Shown here piece by piece: positions 37,335-46,621 of a DNA stretch of 64,000 nucleotides. The notes beneath the pieces were generated by a model, which was given only the letters and a program-made list of their open reading frames with translations, was not told the DNA's origin and ran no database searches. The position numbers were made by a program, and so were the translations under genes. Each line of letters begins with the position of its first letter. Within the stretch, counting starts at the first letter, position 1. This DNA comes from a virus: the IMG/VR virus record IMGVR_UViG_2929074307_000005; one strand, given 5' to 3'.

Positions 37335-37757
37335 ATGCAACCAAAGAATTACAAAACCGACGGCGGTGATACGCTCGTCATCGGCGGCACACTGAAGGTT
37401 GAAGCCGGTGCAACGGTTGAAGGCCTTGAAGGTGGCGGCGGTGCTACTGCCTGGGCCGACATTACGGACAAGCCTGCCGTTATTGCTGCCGGTGCGGATC
37501 AAGCCGCTGCGCGAACTGCAATTGGAGCAGGAACGTCGAGTTTGGCTGTAGCCACCACCGCTCCTGCCGCTTTGGCTGCCGCTGCTGCTGTCGGCACTGG
37601 CACTACCGCTGCTCGTGCAGATCATGTGCATGCTCTTCCTGCAGCTACTGCGCTTCAGGTTGTTGCCGGAACTGGTGGTCTCGCCGCTGGTAATCTGCAG
37701 GTTACACTACAGGCACTTGCGACTCGCATCGCAGCTCTTGAGGCCGCCGCAGGTTAA
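37335..37757 (+). CDS. Ala/Gly-rich hypothetical structural protein
   Basis: Low-complexity A/G/T-rich sequence. Confidence 0.4.
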   Translation: MQPKNYKTDGGDTLVIGGTLKVEAGATVEGLEGGGGATAWADITDKPAVIAAGADQAAARTAIGAGTSSLAVATTAPAALAAAAAVGTGTTAARADHVHALPAATALQVVAGTGGLAAGNLQVTLQALATRIAALEAAAG

Positions 37758-37824
37758 TGCCTTGGGTTCGCTTCTCCGAAGACTTCGACTGGAAGCCACT
37801 CCCGCAAGTCACGATTGCTTATAA

Positions 37825-37862
37825 GGGGTCGGAACAAGAGCAGTCCAAAATCGTACGCTAAG
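37825..37862. repeat. Tn3-family left terminal inverted repeat
   Basis: GGGGTCGGAACAAGAGCAGTCCAAAATCGTACGCTAAG, matching the reverse complement of the right end. Confidence 0.8.
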
Positions 37863-37992
37863 CCCGAACGAACGATGAAGTTACGGTCAGTTCGGTTCGG
37901 ATTGAAACTACATCGTAAGGCTACTTCCGCTACCCGATTTACCATCTTGGATTGCTTTGCAGATATGCCAATCAAGCTCGCTATGATGGATA

Positions 37993-38343
37993 TTAAAGGT
38001 CTATAGAGAGCTCATAAATGCCTAGCGCAGCGAGCACCGGCTTTGAATAAGTAATCTGCCGTATGTTCGTAAGTTCCCACGCCAACCACCCCTCTTCAAA
38101 ATAGTTTGCGCAAGCTGCCACCATATCCGTATGCTGAAACGGCCTGACCGATGCGATCCTCACAATGGCTACAGCTCTGCCGTCTGGATCCTCTTCGCCA
38201 TCGGCTCGCAGGAAACGGTTATTCTCAACGATCAGTAGATCTTCGTCGGGCCGCAGGCTTGGAGACCACCGCCTCACCTCAAGCGTTTTAAGACCATTCG
38301 CGATTCTCAATCCGCTTGGCGCGACAATGGATAAAGCCTTCAT
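37993..38343 (-). CDS. ASCH/PUA-like domain protein (transposon cargo), tentative
   Basis: Size and weak ASCH-like pattern; lies inside the transposon. Confidence 0.4.
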   Translation of the reverse strand: MKALSIVAPSGLRIANGLKTLEVRRWSPSLRPDEDLLIVENNRFLRADGEEDPDGRAVAIVRIASVRPFQHTDMVAACANYFEEGWLAWELTNIRQITYSKPVLAALGIYELSIDL

Positions 38344-38474
38344 GCTGTGCTCCTTCCTGTAAAGAGCGGTTTGAACACTTCTTGCTGCCTGCCCGATACG
38401 ACGACGACATTCGCACTGGCACGACCATGAACACTTATGTTGTCAGTTCGCTCCGGTCGGAACTAACTCCAAAC

Positions 38475-41450
38475 TCATGCAGCACGCAACAATCGACTGG
38501 TGCGGCGCAACGGCCTGAAGCCGTCTGTCATTTGCTGCTCTGCATCCCAGGAATAGATCCCGGTGAGGTTTATGTGTTCCCAACTGAGTGGCGAGACATG
38601 TTTCAATAACTCGTCTGGAATATTCCGGCCTTGTTGTCGCAAATGTGCGGCAGCACGACTGAGATAGACCGTATTCCAGTAAACAATTGCGCTCACTACC
38701 AGATTGAGGCCGGATGCTCGAAATGCCTGGCTGTCGTAGGATCGATCACGAATTTCTCCGCGCTCATGGAAAAAGACAGCGCGTTTCAGCTTGTGGGCGG
38801 CTTCGCCCTTGTTGAGACCAGCCTGACAACGCCGGCGCAGCGCCGGATTTGAATACCACTCGATCATGAACAGCGTGCGCTCAATGCGACCTAGCTCACG
38901 CAAAGCTTTTGCAAGTTCGCTGGATTTCGGAGAAGCAGAGAACCTTTTCAGGATCGTTGACGGCGCGACTGTGCGTGTTGTGATCGACGCTGCCAAACGT
39001 AACAGGTCATCCCAATGTTCGAGAATGAGGGCGCTGTTGATCGGTGCGCCGATATGACTTTCCAGCGCCGGATAGGCATCGGCCTTCTCGAATGTGTGGA
39101 ATTTTCGGTCCTTGATGTTTCGAAGCCTCGGCGCAAAACGCTTGCCGATCAGGGCGAAGATCGCAAAAACATGATCGCTCGCGCCGCCGGTATCGGTAAA
39201 ATGCTCCTCGATTTCCAGAACCGTGTCGTGATCAAACAGGCCGTCGAGGACATAGACGGCCTCGCTTTCAGTCGGGCTGATTGGCAATATGCCAAAATAT
39301 CCGTACTGGTCAGAGAGATGGCTGTAGAATTTCGAACCCGGTTCACTGCCATAGTGCAGATTGATATCACCGCGCTTGGCGGCTCGGTCGCTGGCACGGA
39401 AGAATTGCCCATCGGATGATGCGGTTGTTCCATCGCCCCAGAGCAGCGAATGCGGATGGCGCATATGAGCGTCTGTTATACAAGCCTGCGCCGCCCTGTA
39501 GGTTTCAGATCTGGCGTGAAAGGTGCGCATCCACCCGATCTGGTGCGCGCTGATCCCTTTCGACGCTCCTGCCATGCGTTTGGGTCCGAGGTTCGTGCCG
39601 TCCGCCAGAACGCCGGCGAGCATTGCGGAGATATTTTGCGGCGTATCTCCCGTCCGGACATGCGTGAACTGGTCGGCGAACCCGGTCCAGTCATGTACTT
39701 CCCTGAGAAGGTCGGGTACTTCGATCAACGGGTACATGTCGCTGATTTCGATGTTCAGTTCATCGGCGGCGGCGGGAATATCGCTCGTACGCGGCGTCAC
39801 GATCAAGGTTCCGGCTTTCAGCCTGACGTGATCAAGCTTTCTATTGCGAGCGCGATAAGCCAGGCGCTTGAGATTAAAGTCCATCATCTGCCGGACTTCC
39901 GTGAGCCAGGCTGCGCCGTCCCCTTGAACACCGAGACCGAGTTTGCCTTCATCTTTCATGGCGACGAAAGCAGGCTTAGGCATGAGATGTTCATCAATCG
40001 GCCGAAATGATCGGCTCCCGTCAACCCAGACATCCCCCGAGCGTAGCCGATCGCGCAAATGGGCCAGAGTTGCAATCTCGTAAAGCCGCCGATCCGGCTT
40101 TCCGTCCACGAATATCAGCCTTTTCTCAGATGACCCAAGATGGCCGACCGGCACGCGATCCGGTAGAACACGCCTCCCTTCCGTATAAAGCCCTTTCAGG
40201 GTTGAAAGCGCTGCCAGAAGCGGATCATACGTTCGGTGTGAGTGAAACGTGAACGTCTGAAGGAACACGCCTGCGAACTTTCGAACATTCGCGTATTGTT
40301 CTGCCGCCGTCGCCAAAGGCGATGTGTCAGCGTTCTCCACCATGGCTTCAAGGTTAGGCTTGATCTGGAGCAGCTTATGCCAGCCAACCTCCCTGTTTAT
40401 CACTCTGATTGCATCTTCATCAGCATCGTTGGCGTTCTGCAAGGCGACAATTGTGTCGAGGAATAATTTGAGCGCTCTGGATGTTTCCATCCGAGCATTC
40501 ATATGCCGCTGCTTTTTCCTGTTATTGGCTTTTGAGAATAGCCGACCGATCAGCTTGATGAACATCGTTACCGCATCGTCGGTGAGCTTCTGGCCGAGCT
40601 TGATAAGCTGAGTCACAATTGTAGCGCGCCGACGACTGGAACTGAAGTCACTGGCAAGCCATGCCGGAGTGGCATCGCCCTCGCGGATCATCTGATCCCA
40701 CCGACCGGCGGGAATGCGAAGTTGCAGCCGGGGATCAATCTCAAGATGGCGTAGGAACGCTATACGCTCCGTCATTCCGATCAGATTTCCTGCTCCCGGG
40801 GCGTCAGGAGCGGACCGCAACCAATGAAACCGCGTCTGACGGATCGCCGGGTCAACGTCCAATAGGATATCAAGAGCTTCCAGCTTTTCATCACTCAGAT
40901 CAGCAATGAGCGCACTCTCAGCGCGCCGACGAGCAATAGCACGGGCTGCGAGCCCCATTCGCTCGATCATATTCAATGCCGGTAGGAGAACGCATTGTTC
41001 GCGGAATGTGGCGATAATCGCTTTTGCTATCGACAACCCTTTATCTGTTTGGGAGGCTGCTTCAATACCCGCACGCAAAGCGGCGCGACGGTCTTCAGCG
41101 GTTGCACTCCGCAGATCGAGATAGCGCTGCAAATGTGCGATATGTTCGCGTCGGGTTTCCTCACGCGTTGCGTATAAACTAAATAACCGTGGATCCACGT
41201 TGATTTGCTCGGCGATATAGTTGAGTAGCATCGGTGGGGGAACTTCATTCGGCAGGAGCGCTCTTCCAGGGTAGCGCATCAGGCAAAGTTGCACAGCAAA
41301 GCCAAGCTGATTTTGCTTGCGCCGACGAAGCTCTATTTCCAGGCGATCCGCCGGAGAAAGCGAATAATGTCTGATCAAACTATCTTCGTCGGTAGGGATG
41401 TTGAAAAGCTCATGTCGGTCCTGAATTTTTAGAAGCGTCCGCTTGGCCAT
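38475..41450 (-). CDS. tnpA: Tn3-family transposase
   Basis: 991 aa; N-terminus [37 protein letters not shown] is typical of TnpA. Confidence 0.9.
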   Translation of the reverse strand: MAKRTLLKIQDRHELFNIPTDEDSLIRHYSLSPADRLEIELRRRKQNQLGFAVQLCLMRYPGRALLPNEVPPPMLLNYIAEQINVDPRLFSLYATREETRREHIAHLQRYLDLRSATAEDRRAALRAGIEAASQTDKGLSIAKAIIATFREQCVLLPALNMIERMGLAARAIARRRAESALIADLSDEKLEALDILLDVDPAIRQTRFHWLRSAPDAPGAGNLIGMTERIAFLRHLEIDPRLQLRIPAGRWDQMIREGDATPAWLASDFSSSRRRATIVTQLIKLGQKLTDDAVTMFIKLIGRLFSKANNRKKQRHMNARMETSRALKLFLDTIVALQNANDADEDAIRVINREVGWHKLLQIKPNLEAMVENADTSPLATAAEQYANVRKFAGVFLQTFTFHSHRTYDPLLAALSTLKGLYTEGRRVLPDRVPVGHLGSSEKRLIFVDGKPDRRLYEIATLAHLRDRLRSGDVWVDGSRSFRPIDEHLMPKPAFVAMKDEGKLGLGVQGDGAAWLTEVRQMMDFNLKRLAYRARNRKLDHVRLKAGTLIVTPRTSDIPAAADELNIEISDMYPLIEVPDLLREVHDWTGFADQFTHVRTGDTPQNISAMLAGVLADGTNLGPKRMAGASKGISAHQIGWMRTFHARSETYRAAQACITDAHMRHPHSLLWGDGTTASSDGQFFRASDRAAKRGDINLHYGSEPGSKFYSHLSDQYGYFGILPISPTESEAVYVLDGLFDHDTVLEIEEHFTDTGGASDHVFAIFALIGKRFAPRLRNIKDRKFHTFEKADAYPALESHIGAPINSALILEHWDDLLRLAASITTRTVAPSTILKRFSASPKSSELAKALRELGRIERTLFMIEWYSNPALRRRCQAGLNKGEAAHKLKRAVFFHERGEIRDRSYDSQAFRASGLNLVVSAIVYWNTVYLSRAAAHLRQQGRNIPDELLKHVSPLSWEHINLTGIYSWDAEQQMTDGFRPLRRTSRLLRAA

Positions 41451-41602
41451 TCTTTACTCTCGCAACTCTGTACTACCGGTCTACCCCCTGTACGGAATCG
41501 TCCGATTGCGTACAGGGGCAAAACACCCTGTCCACAAATTATCTTGACATGGTTTCGAACAGTGGAGATATTTCGGACATCCTATTCGGACGAAATGAGC
41601 CC
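41451..41602. promoter_or_regulatory. Res site and divergent promoters between tnpA and tnpR
   Basis: Inverted repeats CTGTACGG...CGTACAGG in the divergent intergenic region. Confidence 0.5.
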
Positions 41603-42208
41603 ATGCCACGTACCTTTGCCTATGTTCGCGTATCCACGACCGGACAGACCACCGAAAACCAGATCCAGGAAATTAAAGCTGCCGGTTTCCATGTCGAACC
41701 GCGCCGGATCGTCACCGAGACGGTTTCCGGCAGCACGGCCATTGCGCAGCGCCGTGGTTTCTCCCGATTATTGGATAAGATGGAGGCCGGTGACATTCTG
41801 ATCGTCACCAAGCTCGACCGCCTTGGTCGTGATGCTATCGATGTAAGTAGTACCGTCAAAGCCCTCGCAGAAATGGGCGTCAGGGTTTACTGCCTCGCAT
41901 TAGGTGGTGCTGATCTAACCAGTTCAGCCGGCACAATGACCATGAATGTGCTGAACGCCGTGGCGCAGTTCGAGCGCGACCTTCTGATCGAACGGACGCA
42001 ATCAGGCCTCAAGCGCGCCAAGTCGGAAGGGAAATCTTTGGGTCGTCCATCCACACTTGACGATAAACAAAAGCAGGACGTCCTTGCCGATCTGGTGGAA
42101 GGAATAAGTATTTCAGGCATTGCTCGAAAATTTTCCACGAGCAGACAAACAATCATGCGCATCCGGAATCAGGCTGCTGAAAACGTTGGGAAAATGAATG
42201 GCAAATGA
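41603..42208 (+). CDS. tnpR: Serine recombinase / resolvase
   Basis: YVRVSTTGQ catalytic Ser motif; C-terminal HTH. Confidence 0.85.
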   Translation: MPRTFAYVRVSTTGQTTENQIQEIKAAGFHVEPRRIVTETVSGSTAIAQRRGFSRLLDKMEAGDILIVTKLDRLGRDAIDVSSTVKALAEMGVRVYCLALGGADLTSSAGTMTMNVLNAVAQFERDLLIERTQSGLKRAKSEGKSLGRPSTLDDKQKQDVLADLVEGISISGIARKFSTSRQTIMRIRNQAAENVGKMNGK

Positions 42209-42752
42209 ATCCTGGCAATCGTTTAAGATGCTTACTGAGCGCTTGGAACTGCGTCTGGTCATGGTATCAGATAGCGTTGCACTGCAAAAGCTAATGACAC
42301 CTGCGATCAGTCAATGGGTGGCAGTTTGGCCATACCCTCTTACGCAAGAAGCGGCAGAGAGGATAATTGATAAAGCGCTTATTGGGCATTCAGTGCAACG
42401 CACGCTTCCACTGGTAATCGTGAACCAAGCTGAAAATCAGGTTATTGGTTGGATCAAGGTCGATATTGAAGAATGTGATGGAAAGCGAATTGGCGAAATC
42501 GGCTACTGGCTTTCTGAGGAAGTTCACGGCATGGGATTTGGGTATGAAGCTGCCCAAGGACTGATTGCTGCGTGTTTTGAAGAATTGGAAATTCACTCTA
42601 TGCGAGCAGGCGCGCAGACCGCAAATGCCGTTTCTCATAATCTCCTGATGAAACTTGGAATGCACAGGACTGGCGAGCAACTTGTCTTTGCGCCCGCTCG
42701 TGGCCGAGATGAATTGTGCACCTATTTCGAACTGGAAAGGTCAAGAACCTAA
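42198..42752 (+). CDS. GNAT N-acetyltransferase (RimJ/RimL-like)
   Basis: GYWLSEEVHGMGFGYEA acetyl-CoA binding region. Confidence 0.7.
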   Translation: MANESWQSFKMLTERLELRLVMVSDSVALQKLMTPAISQWVAVWPYPLTQEAAERIIDKALIGHSVQRTLPLVIVNQAENQVIGWIKVDIEECDGKRIGEIGYWLSEEVHGMGFGYEAAQGLIAACFEELEIHSMRAGAQTANAVSHNLLMKLGMHRTGEQLVFAPARGRDELCTYFELERSRT

Positions 42753-42803
42753 TTTTTGGGCCATCTCGCCGATCATTGATTTATCTTCCACAAAAATCAG
42801 AGT

Positions 42804-43748
42804 TTGCAGCAAATGGATCACTTCTCGCTAAGCGCACAAAAGCTCTCGGAAAACCTGGAAACCGATATCGAGTTTGTTCTAAGCCACAGCGCGCCCGTCC
42901 AGTTTGCCGATCTGACTTCCGGAGCAAAGAATTCCAAGGCAATTCGCCTGGTAGATGAATCCCGACAACATGCAGGATCCTTCAAATATAGGGGAGCCAT
43001 ACTCGGAGTTAGCAAACATCCGAAAGGCGTTGTTGCTTGCGGTTCCGGAAACTTCCCCATAGCCGTCGGGTTGGCTGCATCAAAGCTTGGCATTCCAGCG
43101 ACAGTCGTTATGCCTGACGATGCACCTGCTGCAAAACGAGAAATGGCCCTGAATTCTGGTTCGGAAGTCCTTCTCGTACCACGATCGGACTTTGTTAATG
43201 ATGCGGAACTGGAAGCGAAAGCGCGGGGATTGCCATTGTTGCATCCGTTCAGGGACGCATCCATGCTGGTCGGGAGCTGTTCCCTTGGTGTGGAACTGGC
43301 TCATGCAATGAAGGATGATGCTTCTCCTGACGATGCCATTGTCGTAGCTTGCGGTGGCGGTGGATTGGCAGCAGGAACCTCATTGGGGCTCAGGATCAGC
43401 GGGATCGAGAACGATATTTATGTAGCTGAGCCTGAGCATTATCCACGCCTGTATGCTGCTTTTAACGTGTCGCATCCTGTGGAGATCGTCGCTCAAGAGC
43501 AGACAATCTGTGATGCTCTGAGAGTTACCGAAATAGGCTCGCTTGCTTTTAGCATTCTCCAGAAAATTGGGGTCCGTACACTAGCAGCATCAGACGCAGG
43601 CGTCATCGAAGCGCAAGCGCATATGGCCCGTGAAACAGGCATACAAGCGGAGCCCAGCGGAGCGTTGGCTTTGGCAGCGATTTCCGAGCAAGAACTTCCA
43701 AGGCGCTATCACAGGCTTTGGGTGATCGTATGTGGCAGCAACGTTTGA
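42804..43748 (+). CDS. PLP-dependent Ser/Thr dehydratase-family enzyme
   Basis: PLP-lysine motif SFKYRGA; Gly-rich CGGGGLAAG. Confidence 0.7.
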   Translation: MQQMDHFSLSAQKLSENLETDIEFVLSHSAPVQFADLTSGAKNSKAIRLVDESRQHAGSFKYRGAILGVSKHPKGVVACGSGNFPIAVGLAASKLGIPATVVMPDDAPAAKREMALNSGSEVLLVPRSDFVNDAELEAKARGLPLLHPFRDASMLVGSCSLGVELAHAMKDDASPDDAIVVACGGGGLAAGTSLGLRISGIENDIYVAEPEHYPRLYAAFNVSHPVEIVAQEQTICDALRVTEIGSLAFSILQKIGVRTLAASDAGVIEAQAHMARETGIQAEPSGALALAAISEQELPRRYHRLWVIVCGSNV

Positions 43749-43783
43749 AGTTAGCATAACTGCACGTTCCTCTTTCGTTCGAC

Positions 43784-43821
43784 CTAAGCGTGCGATTTTG
43801 AACTAATCTTGTTCTGACCCC
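43784..43821. repeat. Tn3-family right terminal inverted repeat
   Basis: Reverse complement GGGGTCAGAACAAGATTAGTTCAAAATCGCACGCTTAG. Confidence 0.8.
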
Positions 43822-43924
43822 TATAAGGCTGGCTGGTCCGGCCTTATGACAACGCCTTGCGCAACTGCTGCAATAGAACGCAACAAGGCTGTGCGGCTGA
43901 AAACCCCCAAGAAAGGCGAGAAGG

Positions 43925-44275
43925 ATGGCGACACGTAAAGGCGCAGGTGCGCTCAACAACATCGTCGTCTTTCAGCAGCGTGAAGCGGTGAGAGACGAGG
44001 GCGGCGGCACAAGCCAAGAGTGGGTCGACAAGTTCGAAACTGCGGCTCGTTTGCAGCCCCGACTTGGTTCTGAAACCGACATCGCCGCTCGTACGCAAGG
44101 TATCCAGCCTTATACGCTTGTTGTTCGCAGCGAACCGCGAACACGAGGCGTTACGCCGTCATGGCGCGCGAGAAACAAGCGAACTGGCGTTCTTTATGAA
44201 ATCCAGTCTTGTGCTAACCCCGACGAAGTTAATCAGTACATTGAAATGCGCGCTGTCGTGCAGGGCGGTGGCTGA
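43925..44275 (+). CDS. Head-tail joining / head closure protein
   Basis: Size, order and sequence character. Confidence 0.6.
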   Translation: MATRKGAGALNNIVVFQQREAVRDEGGGTSQEWVDKFETAARLQPRLGSETDIAARTQGIQPYTLVVRSEPRTRGVTPSWRARNKRTGVLYEIQSCANPDEVNQYIEMRAVVQGGG

Positions 44276-44748
44276 TGGCTATCGGTGCTCGCATTCTAGG
44301 GTTGGCTAAACTCGAACAGAAGTTCAAACGCTTGCCGAAAGTCGCTCGCGACATGGTTCGCGGTGCAATGGAGCAGGGCGCCGACGATATCGTCGACATG
44401 ATGAAACGTCGTGTTGCTGAAGATGACGGCGCACTAAGGGAAAGTATCGGCTGGACTTGGGGCAAAGCGCCAAAGGGCAGCATGGTTATCGCAACCGTCG
44501 AAGCCAGCCTTGCAGCTGATTGGACGATCACGATCTATGCAGGCGACAAAGAAGCTTACTACGCGCGCTGGATTGAATTCGGCACTGTAGGCTTTGCCAA
44601 CAAAGGCATGTTTCCCGGTACAAAGAACCCCGGTCAGGGCAAACAACCATTCTTCTACGTGACGTGGCGCGCAAAAGACAAAGAAACAAAACGCCGTATT
44701 CGTCGAGCCATCACCAAAGCAGCGAAAACAGTAGCCGCAGGAGGCTGA
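44275..44748 (+). CDS. HK97 gp10-like tail-attachment protein
   Basis: ATGA overlap with the upstream gene; order. Confidence 0.6.
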   Translation: MAIGARILGLAKLEQKFKRLPKVARDMVRGAMEQGADDIVDMMKRRVAEDDGALRESIGWTWGKAPKGSMVIATVEASLAADWTITIYAGDKEAYYARWIEFGTVGFANKGMFPGTKNPGQGKQPFFYVTWRAKDKETKRRIRRAITKAAKTVAAGG

Positions 44749-44751
44749 TGG

Positions 44752-45171
44752 ATGGACCCAGTATGGGAACTTCAAACCGCGATCTATGCGCGGTTATCGC
44801 AGAATGCTGCGCTGACAACGCTAATCGGTGTCGACAAAGTCTATGACAATCCTCCCGCCGATCCCAATGGCAATATACCGGCCGCAACCTATCCGTATGT
44901 TTCATTTGGCAGCGCCTCATCTTCTGATGACAGTGCCGATTGCGTTGATGCGGTAGACGTTACTTTTCAAATTAATTGCTGGTCGTCTTTGCCAAGTCAG
45001 AAACAGGTTCGGCAAATCGCTGATGCTGTCACCAAGGCGCTTAGACGATGGGAGCCGCCGCTCGCGGTGAACGCTCTCGTCACCTTCGATTATTGGCGGA
45101 CTGACTACATCCGCGCTCCCGGCATCAATCAGGCTTCTATCCAATACACGGCAGTCATAGAGACGCCGTAG
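44752..45171 (+). CDS. DUF3168-like tail completion protein
   Basis: MDPVWELQTAIYARLSQ...VYDNPP. Confidence 0.55.
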   Translation: MDPVWELQTAIYARLSQNAALTTLIGVDKVYDNPPADPNGNIPAATYPYVSFGSASSSDDSADCVDAVDVTFQINCWSSLPSQKQVRQIADAVTKALRRWEPPLAVNALVTFDYWRTDYIRAPGINQASIQYTAVIETP

Positions 45172-45208
45172 CTCACGCAGCCGGATTTCACCACTCAATC
45201 TTTTTCAA

Positions 45209-45232
45209 GGTCGCCATGGGCGGCCTTTTTTG
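45209..45232 (+). terminator. Rho-independent terminator-like hairpin
   Basis: GGTCGCC-atg-GGCGGCC followed by TTTTTTG. Confidence 0.5.
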
Positions 45233-45244
45233 TTGGAGGCCGCA

Positions 45245-45694
45245 TTGGCTCAAGCAACGACTATCAAGGGCGGCAAATTCCGCGTCCTTATCGGCGACGA
45301 TGCCGACCCAATTGTCTACGAAAACCCATGCGGCTTCACGCAGCGGTCGATCACAATCAACAAGGGCCTCGAAGAGGTCAATGTTCCTGACTGTACCGAT
45401 CCCGATAAGGTGGATTGGGTCGGTCGCGATGCAACCAGCCTTTCGATGAGTATCAGTGGTGAAGGCGTACTTGCCGCTGAAAGCGTCGATGTTTGGCTAG
45501 ATGCGGTCGACAGTCTCGAATCCATTCCAGTGAAGGTTGAGTGGGAGTTTCCAGCAAAAACCATTACTTGGACCGGCTTCATGCATGTTGAAAGCATTGA
45601 GGCAGGCGCAACGAATGGCCAGCGCGCAACGCTCAACGTCAGTCTGCAGTCTGACGGTGTCATGGTTCGTACGTCTACCCCGGCTACTCCATAA
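45245..45694 (+). CDS. Major tail protein
   Basis: GGAGG Shine-Dalgarno sequence with a TTG start; size; position before the chaperone and tape-measure genes. Confidence 0.6.
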   Translation: MAQATTIKGGKFRVLIGDDADPIVYENPCGFTQRSITINKGLEEVNVPDCTDPDKVDWVGRDATSLSMSISGEGVLAAESVDVWLDAVDSLESIPVKVEWEFPAKTITWTGFMHVESIEAGATNGQRATLNVSLQSDGVMVRTSTPATP

Positions 45695-46110
45695 TGCGCG
45701 ACGCATCGATTGAACTAACCTGGGCGGATGATGATTACACCTTCCGCCTTGGATGGAGCGAGCTCGAAGCACTTCAGGAGGCCTGCGATGCGGGCCCCTG
45801 GGTTATTCTTGAGCGGCTGATATCGAAGCAGTGTTTCGTCGGTGATATTGCAAACGTCATTCGGCAGGGCCTGATTGGCGGGGAGATGAAACCCACTGAC
45901 GCGACGAAGCTTGTGCAGCGTTATGTCGAAAAGCGTCCACCGGCCGAAAGTTTGCTTCATGCAATTGCGATATTGCAGGCTGGAATTCAGGGCGTGCCGG
46001 AGGAGCCAGTGGGGGAGCCGGGGGCGGCAAGTCAGACGGAGAGCGTATCGACAGCCTTCCCAACGGAAAAATCAGATTTGCCGCGATCTATGGAAACGGT
46101 GCAGTTCTAG
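45694..46110 (+). CDS. Tail assembly chaperone (gpG-like, GTA g10-like)
   Basis: Position immediately upstream of a frameshift extension and the tape measure. Confidence 0.6.
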   Translation: MRDASIELTWADDDYTFRLGWSELEALQEACDAGPWVILERLISKQCFVGDIANVIRQGLIGGEMKPTDATKLVQRYVEKRPPAESLLHAIAILQAGIQGVPEEPVGEPGAASQTESVSTAFPTEKSDLPRSMETVQF

Positions 46111-46259
46111 GATTTACGCCGCAAGACGTTGGGAAAATGTCGATGTGGCAATACATGGCTGCGCTTGATGGTTACATCAAAGCGAATACGCCAGATGAGC
46201 CCGGCAAGCTGTCAGAGTCCGAGAAAGATGATCTTTGGGATTGGATTAAGGCTGGGTGA
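46062..46259 (+). CDS. -1 frame extension (gpT-like, ...FTPQDVGKMSMWQYMAALDGYIK...) probably expressed by a programmed frameshift from the chaperone
   Basis: The -1 frame is open from at least 46062 to TGA 46259; candidate slippery site GGAAAAA at 46065-46071. Confidence 0.45.
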   Translation, partial: NGKIRFAAIYGNGAVLGFTPQDVGKMSMWQYMAALDGYIKANTPDEPGKLSESEKDDLWDWIKAG

Positions 46260-46267
46260 TGCTGGCC

Positions 46268-46582
46268 TTACCAATACTTTACGCCGATGTTCTTGTCATG
46301 CCAAGGCCGTCCGACTGTGTAGTTCAGACACCGGTCAACTTCGCCTCGGGCTTTGGCAAAGCTATCAGCGCGACCGTCGGGGCTGCCTTTCTTCCAAGAA
46401 TTCAGGGCTTTTACCCAAACATCGCAATCAGCCTCGTAGTCCCTAAGCGCTTGCTCTGCGCTAGCTGAACGCGCTGCGGCAACATACTGCGCAGCACGAT
46501 ACTCATTCCAAAAATAGTATCCGACAAACGCGATTACCGCGATGCAGGCCGCGCTGATCAATACTTTCATCCACATCCTCAA
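46268..46582 (-). CDS. Small membrane protein on the opposite strand between the chaperone and the tape measure (moron)
   Basis: N-terminal transmembrane helix ISAACIAVIAFVGYYFW; TTG or ATG start. Confidence 0.45.
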   Translation of the reverse strand: MRMWMKVLISAACIAVIAFVGYYFWNEYRAAQYVAAARSASAEQALRDYEADCDVWVKALNSWKKGSPDGRADSFAKARGEVDRCLNYTVGRPWHDKNIGVKYW

Positions 46583-46606
46583 GCTCGCGTTACTGCGAGC
46601 TTTTTT
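46583..46606 (+). terminator. Terminator-like hairpin GCTCGC-gttact-GCGAGC followed by TTTTTT, just upstream of the tape measure
   Basis: Perfect 6-bp stem plus T6. Confidence 0.5.
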
Positions 46607-46621
46607 CTTATCAGGACATCG

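Larger units (their letters stand above)
37825..43821. mobile_element. Tn3-family transposon (5997 bp) inserted at the prophage head-tail junction
   Basis: 38-bp terminal inverted repeats GGGGTC(G/A)GAACAAGA.... Flanking 5-bp direct repeat TATAA at 37820-37824 and 43822-43826. tnpA, res site and tnpR inside. Confidence 0.85.
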
